Source: Takakia lepidozioides (Eukaryota; Plantae; Bryophyta). Taken from it: a stretch of 64,000 nt of DNA. Position 1 is the stretch's first letter. Each line of letters opens with the position of its first letter. Below the pieces are notes generated by a model. It did no database searches. It worked only from the letters and a program-made list of their open reading frames with translations, and was not told the DNA's origin. Below are positions 12,139 through 26,234 of the stretch, one piece after another. Made by a program: the position numbers and the translations under genes. Where the stretch lies: the NCBI GenBank assembly GCA_030704615.1, contig CM060733.1, positions 46,500,001 through 46,564,000 on the forward strand, written 5' to 3'.

Positions 12139-15100
12139 TGTTCTAGTGCATACTAAACATCATAATTTTTTATATATTGGCTCCTTGAGACTCCAAATAA
12201 ATGCCAATATCAGTTTGATCATGTTCTACGTCCCCCTTCCTTGGTTGCACTAGAACGTGGTAGAAGTATATACCCATTATATATTCTTATCAGTGTTTTA
12301 ATTAATTATGGATGAATTTAGAGAGTCTTTCTATTCAAAAAAGGAAGAGCCATTATGCTTGTTATATTTTAAGACATGCTCACAGTCTATAAGTATATCT
12401 AAACTACTATAACATATATTGTCATATATTTGTAACAATACATGAAGTTGATACAAAAATACAAACCCAAATGCTAATTTGTCCTCAATCGGCTCTCCAC
12501 GGTTTAGTGATAAAATCCTCCACAACAATACCTTCCGAGACTGTAGTATCACCATAACTTATATGAAATGGACATAGAAAAGAATCTGCGTGCCAACAAT
12601 TTCGTACTAAATTTTCTCTTTGAAACGCTTGGCACAAATGTTGTTTGTGTTCGCAATTCAATACTTCTGATGCCGTGGCTATTTACAATTCATTTGGTCC
12701 ATATAAAGCAAGTGTCAACATGAGGTATATTTGTATATTTTAATCTGTTAATTTAATAGTTTTATTATGATGCTAAATAAATATCATTAGATCATTTAAT
12801 CAAATAATAGTATTGAAATATCTTATTATTACAATATCTGGTTTTATCAAATATCACCATTTTACATTCTGAACATTGCTCCAATATGATATGAGACAAA
12901 AGCTACCTTCCTCGGTGCTTGGCCGCCCCAGTTCCAACCAACCCAAATTATGCTACTACCAATATTGATATCCAAATAATATATTTTAGGAGGACGACCA
13001 ATCATTAATTTCACATAATATCCGCGAACCATCATTCCTAATTCAAAACATATGATACTTATAAAAAACTATTTGAAGTATAATTTTTAGTATACTATTG
13101 AGGACTGTATGTATATATATATATATATATCATCTTAATAAATGTGGGACATTACACAAACAATCAAGGGACGTATATACCTAAAAATTGTGACCAAATT
13201 TGTGGTTATAGCAAACATATTTGAGTCTAAAATTTTTTGCCAAAGTGGATGGAGCTTAGCGGGGATATATATATATATATATACCTTCTCTGATTTTTAG
13301 AACGCTCCTCCAAACCCCTCCAGGAAGGGTCACGCGACCCCGGTATGATTCTGCCATGATATTGTTGGGCAATCCCAGTACTCATTGAAAGATTCCAATT
13401 TTTTCTAAGATATAATTTGAGTAGAATTGATGAACGTTGATCATCCCTTGGGTTATAGTTACCCAAATACAAAAGAATTTTATGCCAATGTAAGAAGGTT
13501 ACAACTGAAATAATTATCAAGAAACTAATAAATCTCACAGCTCGCGCCCTTCGCCAAGGCATAGGGTTATCATGTTCCAAGTTGGACACCAACAACTCAT
13601 CAAGCTGCTGGTTCACAAAAAGAGTGCACCATTGTCAATATAATTGTTTGTCATCTAAGTATATCAGCATACCATACCCATCTTAGTACTCAAAAGGGTT
13701 AGATTAATATAAAGTCTTGCCAAGATTAAATGAGATACATATTACCATATTTTCTTTAAGCTTTGTTAGAGATCAACAAATAACATTTATTTCGAGCAAA
13801 CTTTGAGATCAATTGACATTCATCTATACATTCTTTGTATTTTATTTTATTTTTAACAAGAATGCAAAAAAAAAAGGAGGAGAAAAATCAAAATGCCATT
13901 CAAAGAAACATTAATTCTCTTCTTGTTTTAGGTTGACATTTGGAAATATGACATATACAACACTTCTTCTCTCGATTTTTTTTAATCAGTATTCAAAAAA
14001 AGTATTCAAAATTAATATAACATGAAATTGATATTGGCATTTGATTGGATTTTCTTATGAACATATTCGTATTTCTCATACTTAAGTTGAGCTTGAAATG
14101 ATAGAATTTCAAATATGTTGGATGTGCTTGCAACAATCTCATTTCTCAAAGCTAGGTTAGTCGTTTTAAATTTATTTCTATTTTAAATCTGAGTAATATA
14201 TATAATCTTAATACAACACAATAAGTAAAATAGTGTTGCTTCTAGAATGTCCAACTGTCACTATTTGTTGGTACACAAAATGTGAGAATATATTGCAAAC
14301 TTTGTTGCATCCATTTAGGCATTAAAAAATATGCATGTTCATTTGTCTACCATTGTCCAATATTCATTTTGAGTAGATTTTGAAAGAGGTCCTGTTGCGG
14401 TTACTCTATGCTTAAAAAACAAGTTTTGTGAACTAGTTTATTATAGATTTTTGGTATTTGTAATTTGCCCAAGCCAACCTTATGGAGTTAAAATACATTC
14501 ATTAACTATTATATCATATATATTCACTTTCAAACCTACCAATTCAAACAATCACCCAAATGAAGCAAATTCATGTGTGTGAACACCAATACCTCATCGT
14601 GCAATCGTTGTCTTGATACTAAATGAGAATGTGTGTGTGCAATGGCACCACGCTTCATTCTTGCAATATGTAATTTGAGGTCCAGTCTAACTTTTTAATT
14701 TTATGCCTTACATCTATCAAATTAGATTCACATTTTCAATTACACTGGACAAACTATGTGAGATAAATTTGAACTTGAGGACGGCCAGTACTACATTAAC
14801 TCTATAGATAATTACAAGCACACTATGACTTGTAAAGTGTCAGCATTATAGTGTATATACAACATAAAATATTGTTCTTTGAAAGTTTATACATATCGCA
14901 TGACAACGGAGAGTCACACCCATTGGAAGGTAATTGTCATGGGTTGAATTACTAAAGAAAACATAGTAAAGGGATAACAATAAGAGACATAAAACGAAGA
15001 AGGAAAATGAGAAAAAATTCTATTTTTTACAATTATATCTTAAATTGATAGTTCTGAAGTCCACACGATATGAATGATTACAGAAAAGGAAATTATCATT

Positions 15101-16859
15101 CCAAAGGCACAAACATATCATTTGATTGAGCATATGGCAAATCAATCACAAAGCCAACTTTCTTCACATCCCTCTCAAAGCCAACTTTGCAAAAGTAATC
15201 TTTTTTCATAATACTACCGCCACGCCATTTGATAGTGAAGACTTCATCCTCTTGACCGGTTGCAATCTTTTGTTCCACGGCCAAGTCCCCAGTTGGTATC
15301 TCAATCAGCTGTCTTAGATATCTCTCAACTAATTCTCTCAGCTCCTCCAGTTGTCCAATAAGATTGCACTTCTTACCACGTCCCCTCCACTCGTACAAAT
15401 ATTTGTCAAGTGGCCTTTGTAGCTGAATGACATCGTCCACCACAAAGGCACTGAATTGAAGAAAATGGTGCTGTTATCTTTCTCCAACTAGGTGTTGTGT
15501 AATTTATTTTCAAGAGCATCCAACATGCCACAATTTAATAAGTTTCAAAAAAATACCTCATTTCCAAAGTGCATTGCTCGATGCACACAACCACTCTTGG
15601 ACACTTGCACTGGTCGCATGATCCCCCCCCGTACCAACAGTTGTCTAATTTTACTGTCAAGATAATATTATCACATCACTACCATGAGCTACAACGTCAC
15701 TAGAAAGACTACGCAAAACAAAACAAACAGCCGAAAAAAAAATGTCGATTATGCCACAGATCATAAAACTACTTAGGGCTCGTAAGAAAATACCTGGGAA
15801 CATGTTGCTCCGAATGGTGATAGCTGCCGTGAGTGCTTGGTCTTGGTTTGCGACTTTTGATAACCGTGTTGTATTGAGAATTATTGAATTTGTTATGTTG
15901 ATCATGGTTCGAGTCCACTAGTCTCCACCATCCCACTAGAAGGCCTTCTCAGATCTTTTAGCAACATAGCAAATTTGGTTGACAACTTCCAGTCTCAGTT
16001 TTGCAATCCTCCAAGAACAAACGTCACGATGTAGCTTCATCAAGAGTCCTTCGAAGGCCGGAGAGAGTCGTATTGTGTGTTTTGTCCATCCCCTCAAACT
16101 TTTCATCAATCTTTTTGTCCATTCTGTCAAGCTTCTCACTGAAGCATAAAAGAGCCTTAGATAACCTCTCATCTGTCCTAGACTCCAATAATGAGATTCC
16201 AACAACGTTCCCAGATCGAAGATAGCACTTGTTTGTTTTTTAGAAAATCCAATCTGCTGAACCAAAGGACAGAAAAGCGGCTTCAAGGGGGCGCCACCCA
16301 TTACTCCGCCACTAGTTCCCTTCTTCTTTTCTGCATCACCTTGCATTTCCAACACCAAGATGAAATTTGACCTTCAGACATTGTGACCACCTTTCATACT
16401 GGCCCATATAGGGAGGCCACTGCTTACAGTCCTGCACACCGTCCAAGCTTAATAAAATACTAAGATATGTATTTTTTCCAAGTGCAAAAGACAATTTAGC
16501 TGTCATGCATGACTCAGCATTGAGGGCTCAGTTTTTTCTCTATGGCAGCTACGCTGCATTGGGGTTGAAAGTGCTTATAGATCTACAAGAGCGTGATTCT
16601 AGTTTTTTCATTAGCATTGTCCTCCACACAGACGCAGAGGAGGAAGAAGTGTGGAGTACTACTGTTTCCAAGGGTCGAGTCCGATCAGTTGGGCATGCGT
16701 CTACATCTAGATTTCCTACTAATGAGGGAGAAATTCAAAATACACTAACGAAGGTAACGATAAAACGAGGGCAATAGTATTGCCATTCAAAGTGTCAATT
16801 TGGAATATATATTTCTAAAAGATTTAATTGTTGTGTTTGGATAGCCTAAATTTCAGAGC

Positions 16860-18690
16860 ATATGGTGTTTAGAATATACAAATGTGCAAATTCCACCGTA
16901 CTCAAGGTTTTCCAAGTGTCGAGTGTGTTGGGAATATCGGACTTGCTTGGAAGAACTCTGCCCAAAAACAAGTTATACGTGAACATTTTCTTTTACATCA
17001 AACTTTGCAAATTGAAGAAATGAGAGATTACTGGCGGGCAAAAACAACTGCAATCCTCAATCCAACGGAATCATTGTGTTTGATTGTCGATGGAATGAAC
17101 CAAAATACTATGATGGTCCCAAAGTTGCGACAATCCGCCAAAGGCATCGAGGGGCGATATGTGAGGACTCATTTGTGTGGTGTAGTAGTACATGATGTGG
17201 GTTTATATATAGATGTTTCGATATATTCTCATCACAAACATGATAACAACCAAGTTGTGACGTCTATAATGCATGTTTTGGGTGACGTAAAAGCTCAACG
17301 AGGGAACAAACTACCACGATTACTACGCATTCAAGCCGGTAATTATGGAAGAGAAACAAAATCAATATATGTTTGCTCTATGCGCTTCATTGGTGGGCCT
17401 TGGATATTTTGCAGAAGTGCATCTTTGTTTTCTCATCGTTGTTCACTCTCATGAGGACATTGACTAAAGATTCAGCGTCATCTTAGGTACATTGAAACGA
17501 CAAGACATAGATTTTTTGAAAGACCTATTGCAACTAGTGACGGAATGAGCGTCACATACAGAATCGTTCGTTACATCATGTCACCTACAAAATGTGTGGG
17601 ATTAGAAGTCCTTCATTACGCCATATTTGAACACCGGCAGCGATGCACTTGTTGGCATCTCTATTCCCCTTCATTTTAGGTTATTTTTTAAGAATGAAAA
17701 ACCATTTGTTCAAACCAATAATTACGCCCGCGTTCGCATATGGAGTCCTCCAAACGATTATCGATGTTTGCAAGATATTCGAGAATCAAGATTGAAGCCC
17801 GAATTAGTACAAGTGGAAAAGGCAAACGAGACAAAGCTCAAGGCATTGGAGGAATTCATTCACATGAAAGAAAGACGCATTGCAAAAAATATGCATGACA
17901 AATGCAATTTGAATGCAATAGAGCAAAGTGAGTGGTTGCAATATCTTGTAGATTTTCCAAATAGACTTGATAGATCCAAAGGAGAAGCATGTCCATTTTG
18001 GCCAAAGGATACATCTGTACAAGCTTGAAATGCAAATCCAAACACGATTGGACCAACAAATGCAGAAGATTTACCACAAACATTGGGCGCTATAAATGAA
18101 GAAATGAGAATAATTTTGAATAACGTTCCCACGGTCGAACACGCACATGTTATTTTGGTCCAAGACATGACAAACCTCGAAACAAATCTACAAGACCTAC
18201 AAAAAAAAAACAAAGAAATATATCTAATATTCAAACAACAGATCAACTAGGATTAGAGGATGACCCTTTTCCAAAATATGATCCTACAAAACATGTGGAA
18301 CTAAGCCCATATATTGCCATGAACACATGCACGGAAGATAGAGAAGCTGACATATCTTTTTTTGTTGGAAAGGTAACAGCCTTAAAACGACGCAATTCAG
18401 AACTAGGTTCCATGATGGTTACATGGTTTTGGCCAAAACCCACAACAATACAAGATGAACCAGGCATGTGGACACTAAGGTATGAAAATTGCATGCAACG
18501 AAAATAGAAACCATCTTATGAGCAAGCGGATTGGGTTGATTTAGATACTGCAATCACGTCATGGACAAATATTGTGACCACGTCAACATAAACTTGTGTA
18601 GTTCGAAGGTGATTACAGAAAATGAAATGATCAAAGGCACAAACATATCATTTGATTGAGCATATGGCAAATCAATCACAAGCAATTGAC
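16860..18690 (+). mobile_element. Degenerate Sola-like (DUF7869-type) DDD/E transposase
   Basis: LCLIVDGMNQ ... HLCGVVVH ... HDNNQVVTSIMHVL ... LPRLLRIQAGNYGRE(NK)NQY ... FLIVVHSHEDID*RFS matches the DGMDQ / Q.DNC.RENKN / GHTHEDIDQ.FS pattern. Multiple stops and frameshifts. Confidence 0.7.
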
Positions 18691-18933
18691 AATGCTTCGG
18701 CACAAATGGAAAATTGCTGCACTTGGCTTCCCTTCGATAATATGTTATGGCACTAATGGATTTGAATGGGATTTGAAGCCTCCTTTTCACCTCTTCCTCT
18801 TTGTTAGTAGGACCTTGCCCCTCGTCCGCCTTTCAAGTCTTGGGTTCCTCCCAAATACTTTATGTGTTACGCCTCATGGTTTCTATATTTTCCCCATGGA
18901 ATAATAAGTTGCCAAGGGCCTGAGTCCACATAG

Positions 18934-19207
18934 CATTGTTTTTATTTCTGGCGAAATTTCGCATTTTTTCGACCTCAAAATTAAAAATATTCTGTCATAA
19001 ATTCCCTGTTTTCTCATGGATGAAATCGCCAAAATTCTCAAAATTCCCAAAAAAAATCTTGGATGAATTCGCCTAATATGGATGATATAAATGGATGAAA
19101 GTATAGAGGAGGAGGATTCTGTCCAGATTTCAGTGGATGAACAGAAAATGTGGGCAAAACTCAGTAGCCACTCCTGTTATTTTCCAAATTGGGAAAAAAA
19201 AACACTG
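18934..19207. mobile_element. hAT-like MITE upstream of STRAP
   Basis: TIR CATTGTTTTT / AAAAACACTG, 8-bp TSD CCACATAG/CCACAGAG, internal GGATGA motifs. Confidence 0.7.
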
Positions 19208-19848
19208 CCACAGAGTCCCCCCGAGTCGTGCCAAGGTAAAAATAAAATAAAATAAAAAATATAAATATAAAAGCATTTGAGAGCGGGAAACAACCTACAG
19301 GGAGGTTATAATAACAGGCTTTCCTCGTTTGTGTCCCAGAACCCTAAAGGATGACGGAGAGACTAGACGGGCCGGCCCAGAGTGAAGGCATCCTCCACCC
19401 GTCTTAATTCACGGCGGGGAGGGAAGTCGGGTATTCCCATTAGCCCGGCCCGGGCTGGGGTGGCCGGCTCCAAAGCTCGAGAACTCTGCGCAGGGGTTTG
19501 CCTTCGGAGCCCGTCTTTGCGAGCGCGAGTGCGAGATCATGCCCCTTTTGGCGATCTGCTGCGCGCACTCCTGGATGTCTGTGTTCAAGCTTGTGAATCC
19601 CTCGGCAGTTTTCGATTTTAAGAGGAAATAGACCAACAGAAAGACTACCGAGGGAGTAATGGATGTCCCCAGTTACCGCATCGTGCATAGCCTATATACT
19701 CCATAGTTTGCACACCATAAGGCGGGGACTATATCATTTGCTGCAAAAGAGAGTGTTGGATCCGAGGAAAGGCTCAGTGTGAGGCGGGGGTTTGGGTAGC
19801 TTCGATCGGATCACTCCATTTTGTTTTTGAGGGAGGAAGCAGGCGCTG

Positions 19849-22800
19849 ATGGAGAAGAGGAAAGCACAAGTGCCTTTGGTGTGTCATGGCCATTCACGTC
19901 CTATTGTGGATTTGTCATACAGTCCTATAACTCCGGATGGGTTTTTCTTGGTCAGCGCCAGTAAAGGTATGGGACCTGCAGTTTCATTCCCTTCAAGTCT
20001 TCTGTGTGTCCTTCAGTCCCCTCCCTCTCTCTTTCTCCTCTTTCCACAGCTAGGATATAGTCTATATGCCCATCGCACCACGGGAGTTGCGTGGTCCACG
20101 GCCTCAAGGCTAGGTCAAGCGCAACCTGTAGTCTCTCCCTCTAACTTGAGGATATGGAGGAGGGGGTTTGAGGCAACAATGTGGCTGGATGTAGCAGCGT
20201 CAAACGCAGATAGTTTTTATTCAGTTGGAAGCTCTTTGGCGGGTTTCTGAAATGCCTATGCCTATTGAAGATAGTTTCACTTTCTAGGTATGCTCCAAAT
20301 TCATGATTTGGTAGCAGTCTCTGATCAGCAGCCTAAGCTTCTAATCAATTCGGACTAAATTGAGATAGAGTAGGGGAGAAGATGTGCGGATGTTTGGCCA
20401 TTGATTCAAATATTTGTTAGCAGATGGTTATATTCTTGTCATGGCGTATTTCCTTCAAAAGGGAGGCATTTGGGTGAGGTTTTGTTGCTCTCAAGGATTG
20501 GTATATGGCCGTGTCTGTGGGGTGGTCTCTCTCTCTCTCTCTCACAGCTAGCTTCACTGATGACAGCAATTAGAGCTTTTTTGGTCAAATTTAGACAGGT
20601 AAGTTCTTTGCGTTACTTGATCAGCGGCAACTGTCTAAGATCACATGCTTTCGAAGTGACATTGGGAAGATGAAATTGTCAAGGTGTTACCCTCTGACTA
20701 TTTTTGTACTTTATCTGCTGAGCTTCAGCTCCTCTATCACGATCTTGCAGTGCTGTGAGTGCCTACCATAGGTTGCCACCATGAGTTCGTGCTTTGCACC
20801 AGAATTGTCCTTCTTTTAGATTTTCATTATCCCTTATGTCTATGAGCAGTCTGAGAGTGCTTCATGGCTGGTAAAATAGGTGTTGACATACAATGGAACA
20901 AGTCTTCTTTATTACTTCTCTTTAACCTCATTGGTGTCTCACTCTTTGAATGACTCCATACTCTATGTACATATATTTGGGTTTTACATCTAATGAAGGA
21001 AAGTGGGAAAGAGACGAGAGAGGAACTAGTTAGAACCTCTTTGTACGGAAGGCACACTGGGCAAGAGACATGGTCTTGGATGGACAAGTCCTGGATGTGC
21101 ACTTCCCAATCCTTGGGACTGTTCAATTGTAAAAAGTCCAGCATTGCTTGGCAGGATGTTGACATTTGTGTTGGAAGTGAAGGGTGCTCCTTGTATCATG
21201 TGTTACGGTGTCAAGCCACTTGTGACTAAGTTTAAGTCTGATTAGCAAATTACCCCAAGTTGGCCTACTCACAGGGGACTGTTAAATGGTATCTGACAAA
21301 GAAACAGATTTTCCGTACAGATGGGAAGCCCATGCTGCGAAATGGAGAGACCGGTGATTGGATTGGAACATTTGAGGGGCACAAGGGTGCTGTTTGGGCG
21401 GCCTGCCTGAATACACCCGCTCTTCGCGCAGCCACTGCTTCAGCAGACTTTAGCGCGTATGCTCTCTGTTCCTGATCTTGCAAAACATTTTCCATCACGC
21501 TCATGAGTAGAAATTCTGTGTATTGGAGCTCCTGTCCTTTTAGTTGGTTTTCTTTGGTGAGTTGATTCGTTTCATTGGGAAGCTGTATCCAACTTTTTCT
21601 GTAAATCTTCCATTGACAGTCTTAAATGAACAAATGAGACTCACTCGATCTAATGGGCATTCTGACATTGGGGCAATCAGCTGAACTTAGCACTAATAAG
21701 AGTAGCCTGCCTACTTCTGTACAGTTAATTCAAACAGGGTGAAACATGGAACCTATATGTTCATGCTGTATGGTAATGGGGATTAGAGTGCCATTGTAGT
21801 GGAGTATTCTGGATGAGAGGGACCTTTTGAAAGCATAGAAAAGAGTGTTACTGTACAACTCTCAGCTCAGTTCAAGAGGCTCCTGACACTGCCAATAGCA
21901 GCTCCCTCCTTCCAGGTTCACTTGTTTCACTCCACCTCTTTACTTGAGAAAAATTTGGAAGGGAAACTCCACTCCAGTTGAAAGGCCCCTCTCCCACTTG
22001 TGTGACTTGCATTGCAACCCTCATAAACATATGTAGAATGATTACCTGCTAGCTAGGAGAGGATGTTCAGGATGTTCATGCAACATACTAGAGCTGATCC
22101 TTGCAATTTCTGTTGGAGCTTGGCTACAGGAGAGTGTGGGATGCTTTGACGGGTGATGAGCTCTACTCTTTCGAGCATAAGCACATTGTTCGAACTTGTG
22201 CTTTCTCTGAGGTCTTGCTCTCCCTTCTGACTGGTTTAGGGGTTTGAATGATTGGTGAATTCTCATCAAATTACTGCAATATTAATGAGCTTATGGAAGG
22301 AAACTTTAATATCGAAGCAAAGGTAGGTTCTCCTACAGCAATGGCCTTTCTGTCATGGTTGCAATCCTTATTCTGATCTCCTCTCCTTAACCCCATTTTT
22401 GCGTTTTGTCAGAAGTGGATACAGGTAATACCTGAAGGAAAGTAAAATAAGTGGATCTCTCTCCTCGCTCTCCATTTCTCCATTTTCCTAGCACCTTTGA
22501 TTCCCTTCTCCTACCACCAACTTCCTTGTCAGTGTGATGACATGCCTTTCTCCAGTCAAACGAGGTTTGAAGTGATGGTGAAGATTTTTGCCATCTTCAA
22601 CACTACCTATTTTAGGGCATCTTGTTAACAGTCATGCTGTATTTGACATACAGAGCACGACACATTTGCTGACTGGAGGTGCAGAGAAAGTGCTCCGAAT
22701 TTTTGATTTGAATAGGCCAGATGCACCTCCAACTCTCATAGAAGGGTCACCAGGGATGCCAATACGGGCAGCGTTGTGGCATCACAGTGACCAGACAATT

Positions 22801-24309
22801 TTGAGCTCCTCCAATGACATTGGTGGTGTCAGGTATGCTTTGAAGTGTACGTGTAATATGGTGATGGTTGACATGCATGATGATACACCATTATTTCCTG
22901 CGAAAGTTGGCTGTACAAAGAGTTTTCAAATGTCAGAGGAGACCCTCTGGAACCTAATTCAATGTCCAGTCAGACGACTCTCTCCTGTATTGACCCCAGG
23001 TCGAGGGAGGTGTAGTCTACCTAAGCTCGTGGTGCAAGTTCAACCATCCCTGGATGTATGAGATTGTGCTCATACATGAAATGCACTGACAAAAAGGTAC
23101 TAAGGACTGCGACTGAAATGCAGAAATTCCATTTCCAAGCTGTCTTCCCACATGCCACCATGATGCATCAAACGACCAAGATTTATCAGAGCCCAGTGTG
23201 TTGATACGTCTGATAGATAAACGGTGTCCATATGCTTGTCATGTTAGAGATTGTTTTTAAAGGCAAGCTGTTGGGTGGACAGAGTGTGGGATGTGAGAAC
23301 AAGGGCAGTGGTTCGCACCTTGGAGACGAAGTCATCGTGCACAAGTGTGGAGGTGAGCCGAGATGGCCGTTACATCACAACAGCGGACGGCAATACTGTC
23401 AAGTTCTGGGATGCGAATCAGTAAGTATAGACGGCCTTCAGCAAGAATCACGCCCTCTCGTTAACGACTTCCAGTGGCAAAATTAGGAAGTTGGTGCAAG
23501 TGCAGAGCAGTGTCTGGTGTGGTCTATTTGTGTTCCAACAGATCACCACTTCTATACTTTGGAATGTAGGTAGGTGGGCACCAAGTTTTGGCCATCTTTG
23601 TAATAATATGCCACTTCGATTTGTTCTTTGACATGGCAAGAATTTGCTGCATATTCTAGGAAGTAGAGCCTGGGAGCTATGCCTAACAGACCTCTGGATC
23701 TGGTGGTTCATGCACACTGTATTTATTGTTCTACATGCTGGTGTGTTGACAGCTTTGGGCTTGTGAAGAGCTACACGATGCCCAGGCCCGTGGAGTCTGC
23801 ATCACTCTACCCAGCTCGGGGCAAGTTTATAGCCGGCGGGGACGATATGTGGGTCCGCTTATTCGACTTTGACACAGGAAATGAAATTGGTGAGCTCCTT
23901 GCATACTTCCATCATTTTGTTTGTTGGAGTCACATTGGACACGTATAGTAATTGGGCTTTCTGTCTCTATTCCTTGTCTCTTATGCAGCCAACCATTGGA
24001 GAGACCATCACTGGGAGTTGCCAGAACAGGCATGTCTGACAGTGGTTACTTGGTGGCATGTTTGTAGAGTGCAACAAAGGGCACCATGGACCTGTCCATT
24101 GTGTGCGATTTTCTCCCGGCGGAGAGTCTTATGCATCTGGGTCAGAGGATGGGACAATCCGCATCTGGCGAACTGTGGCGGGGGTCGATGAGTTGGAAGT
24201 TGGTAGCTTTGGTGATGGGGTTGGCAACCAAATCAGGGTAAGTGTCGATGAGGTTGTGCGGAAAGTGGAGGGCTTTCACATCGCGCAAGAGAATGGGTCT
24301 GAACAATGA
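19849..24309 (+). CDS. STRAP: Serine-threonine kinase receptor-associated protein (STRAP/UNRIP) WD40 protein, 7 exons
   Basis: Exons ~19849-19966, 21321-21456, 22130-22211, 22654-22832, 23283-23420, 23753-23889, 24069-24309 with GT-AG borders. They encode [46 protein letters not shown] and [31 protein letters not shown]. Confidence 0.95.
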
Positions 24310-26234
24310 AGGAGCTTTGCTGATTGCTTCTCCTTGACTTGGATTTTGCCAACCTTTGTGTAAAGAGACCAACCCTGGGGCTTTTTATCAATCCGAGGGG
24401 GGACCATGGTTGTGTTTGTTGCAATGTTTTGTGTCATTTAGGGGAAAGGCATTGGGGCTGGTTATCGCTATGGAGTACAATCACGTTTTTGTCTGTTTCG
24501 ACTGTGTGATATCTCTCATCCTAGATAAATAGCTTTGTTCGCCATGACCAACACACTCAATATAGTGAGATTGTGACCTGAACTGAGTAAGAGGCATGTC
24601 CATTTATAGCCACAATCAGCTTGTAGGCAGAGGCTCAAATCAGTTGCTGAACCAAACTCTACATATTCCGAGGAATGCTACCTAGCCAAGAGAGGCTTGG
24701 ACCAAAGGTTCATTCGGTTTGCAATTAAAGTGCATCTGGTGGTATTCATTACAGGAGGAACAGATATTTTTGAAGGAAAGATTTTGTTTCCTTGCAACTT
24801 CCCTCTAAGGAGGAATTCGCTTAGGGTGGCTTATTGATTTCTGATATAGACATTGTCGAAAAGGTTTTTGTTGGTGGCATGTCCTCATGCGAGAGAATTT
24901 CCATATACTTAAATGTGCAGGACTGGAAGTTCTTTCCCTGTCCCTACCTTTCCTTTCCAGTTATTTTTCTACTGAGTGCGGAGAACAAGCGGCTCCGCCA
25001 CAAGAGGCTCTGTCCTTTGGTGATTTTGTGGTTGTTGTTTTATACTTTTTTTAGGGCTTCATGAATCATTCCCATCAACCCTCCATAGACTAGGCTTAAT
25101 GGATAAGCCTAGTTCTCCGTTCTTCGCCTAGGCAAGAAGTCTCCACAATGCCTCTATCCCTTGCGGGACAAAGCCAACAAACTTCAACATAAGAACAGAG
25201 TGTTGTCTTTTTGGCCTGCCCTCGGACGAATCCAAGAAGGTTTGAATACAAGACATTATTGGCCATACAAAACACATTCGCGGCCTGCTCTGTGCGAGAA
25301 GATGTGATCCATGTACAGTGAAACAGCCTGCTCCTTCCGAAAGCGTGGGCATCTGCAGCTCAAAAGTCTCGGAACAGGAGAACCCGTTGTTTGACTGAAA
25401 TGGGCACTAACAACAATCTCTCAGACACATCAACTGTGTCTCAGTAATTCTAAGCAGCTGCGTGTCTGGTGCTTCATGCAAGCTTAGGATAAGGCATCAA
25501 ACATGAGATTATGACAAGGCACCCCCAATTAGAAACCAATTTTTCAAAGAAAAGAACAAACACGAGATCATAAGACAGGGGAAACCTACGCTGCTGAGAT
25601 CTCTCAAGGCAGCATTCCTGCCAAAGGCATCTTCAAAGCTGTCTCATTCAATCACACCATCAAACTCCACCGATAAACTCAAACTCTACCGCACGCAAAA
25701 CTCATCTTCTTTCCATATTACCCAACTCCAAACCCAACAAGCGATCGAAGAAGACACTCAAAACTAACAGACTCAAGACCCATGTTGCACGGTTGTACTG
25801 TTCTTGAGCAGGGTCTTAGAAGCAGGGGACAAACGGAAACACGAACCCGAACCTTCCCCTAACCTAATCTATAGGCTTGGCGACGCATCCGTGGGTATGT
25901 GAGGAATGCAAGGAGAACAGGGTGACCGAGAGGTTCTTATTGAAACAACCTGCATACGTGGCCGCTCATTTGTTTGTCAAGCTCCTAAGGCTTCAGCAAA
26001 ATCCAAAGCAAGTTCTTCCAAGCACCAGGGAAATGGTTAGCAGCGGAGTAGGACTACCGCATCCGTTCCGCTACATCGCGTTTATCTTCTCCGAGCAAAT
26101 CCGGCCTGCATTCTTAGACCCCTCATGGTTTTGGCAAGCAAAAATCGGGGCAGAGCCAACAACATAAGCTCAAAAAGAGGGTAACTTGGGCAGGATCAAA
26201 TTGAAAAGAGCCCGTATGCTCTTTTCGTGGCCGT

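Larger units (their letters stand above)
8664..13616 (-). pseudogene. Nucellin/APCB1-like A1 aspartic protease, multi-exon, catalytically degenerate and probably frameshifted
   Basis: Exons encode an N-terminal TM helix; YYVKLMIGRPPKILYLDINIGSSIIW; CPFHISYGD...G.VVEDF; LAFG; TDGLLGI...LQWQL...KNIIGVCL...GYLFFGD...TWTRM; ILDSSIEPTFL; YEILPKNYL; FCVNV...IGIIG; ISMSDYLFVYDNDDQKIGWRKEKC. Frameshift near 12512. Confidence 0.85.

Noticed and set aside
19382-19688. Divergent gene or uORFs upstream of STRAP
   Set aside because: GC-rich promoter/5' UTR sequence; the short ORFs on both strands have no recognisable motif.
24830-26200. Small spliced gene on the minus strand
   Set aside because: Possible splice signals at ~25353 and ~25585, but no recognisable protein, so unsupported.
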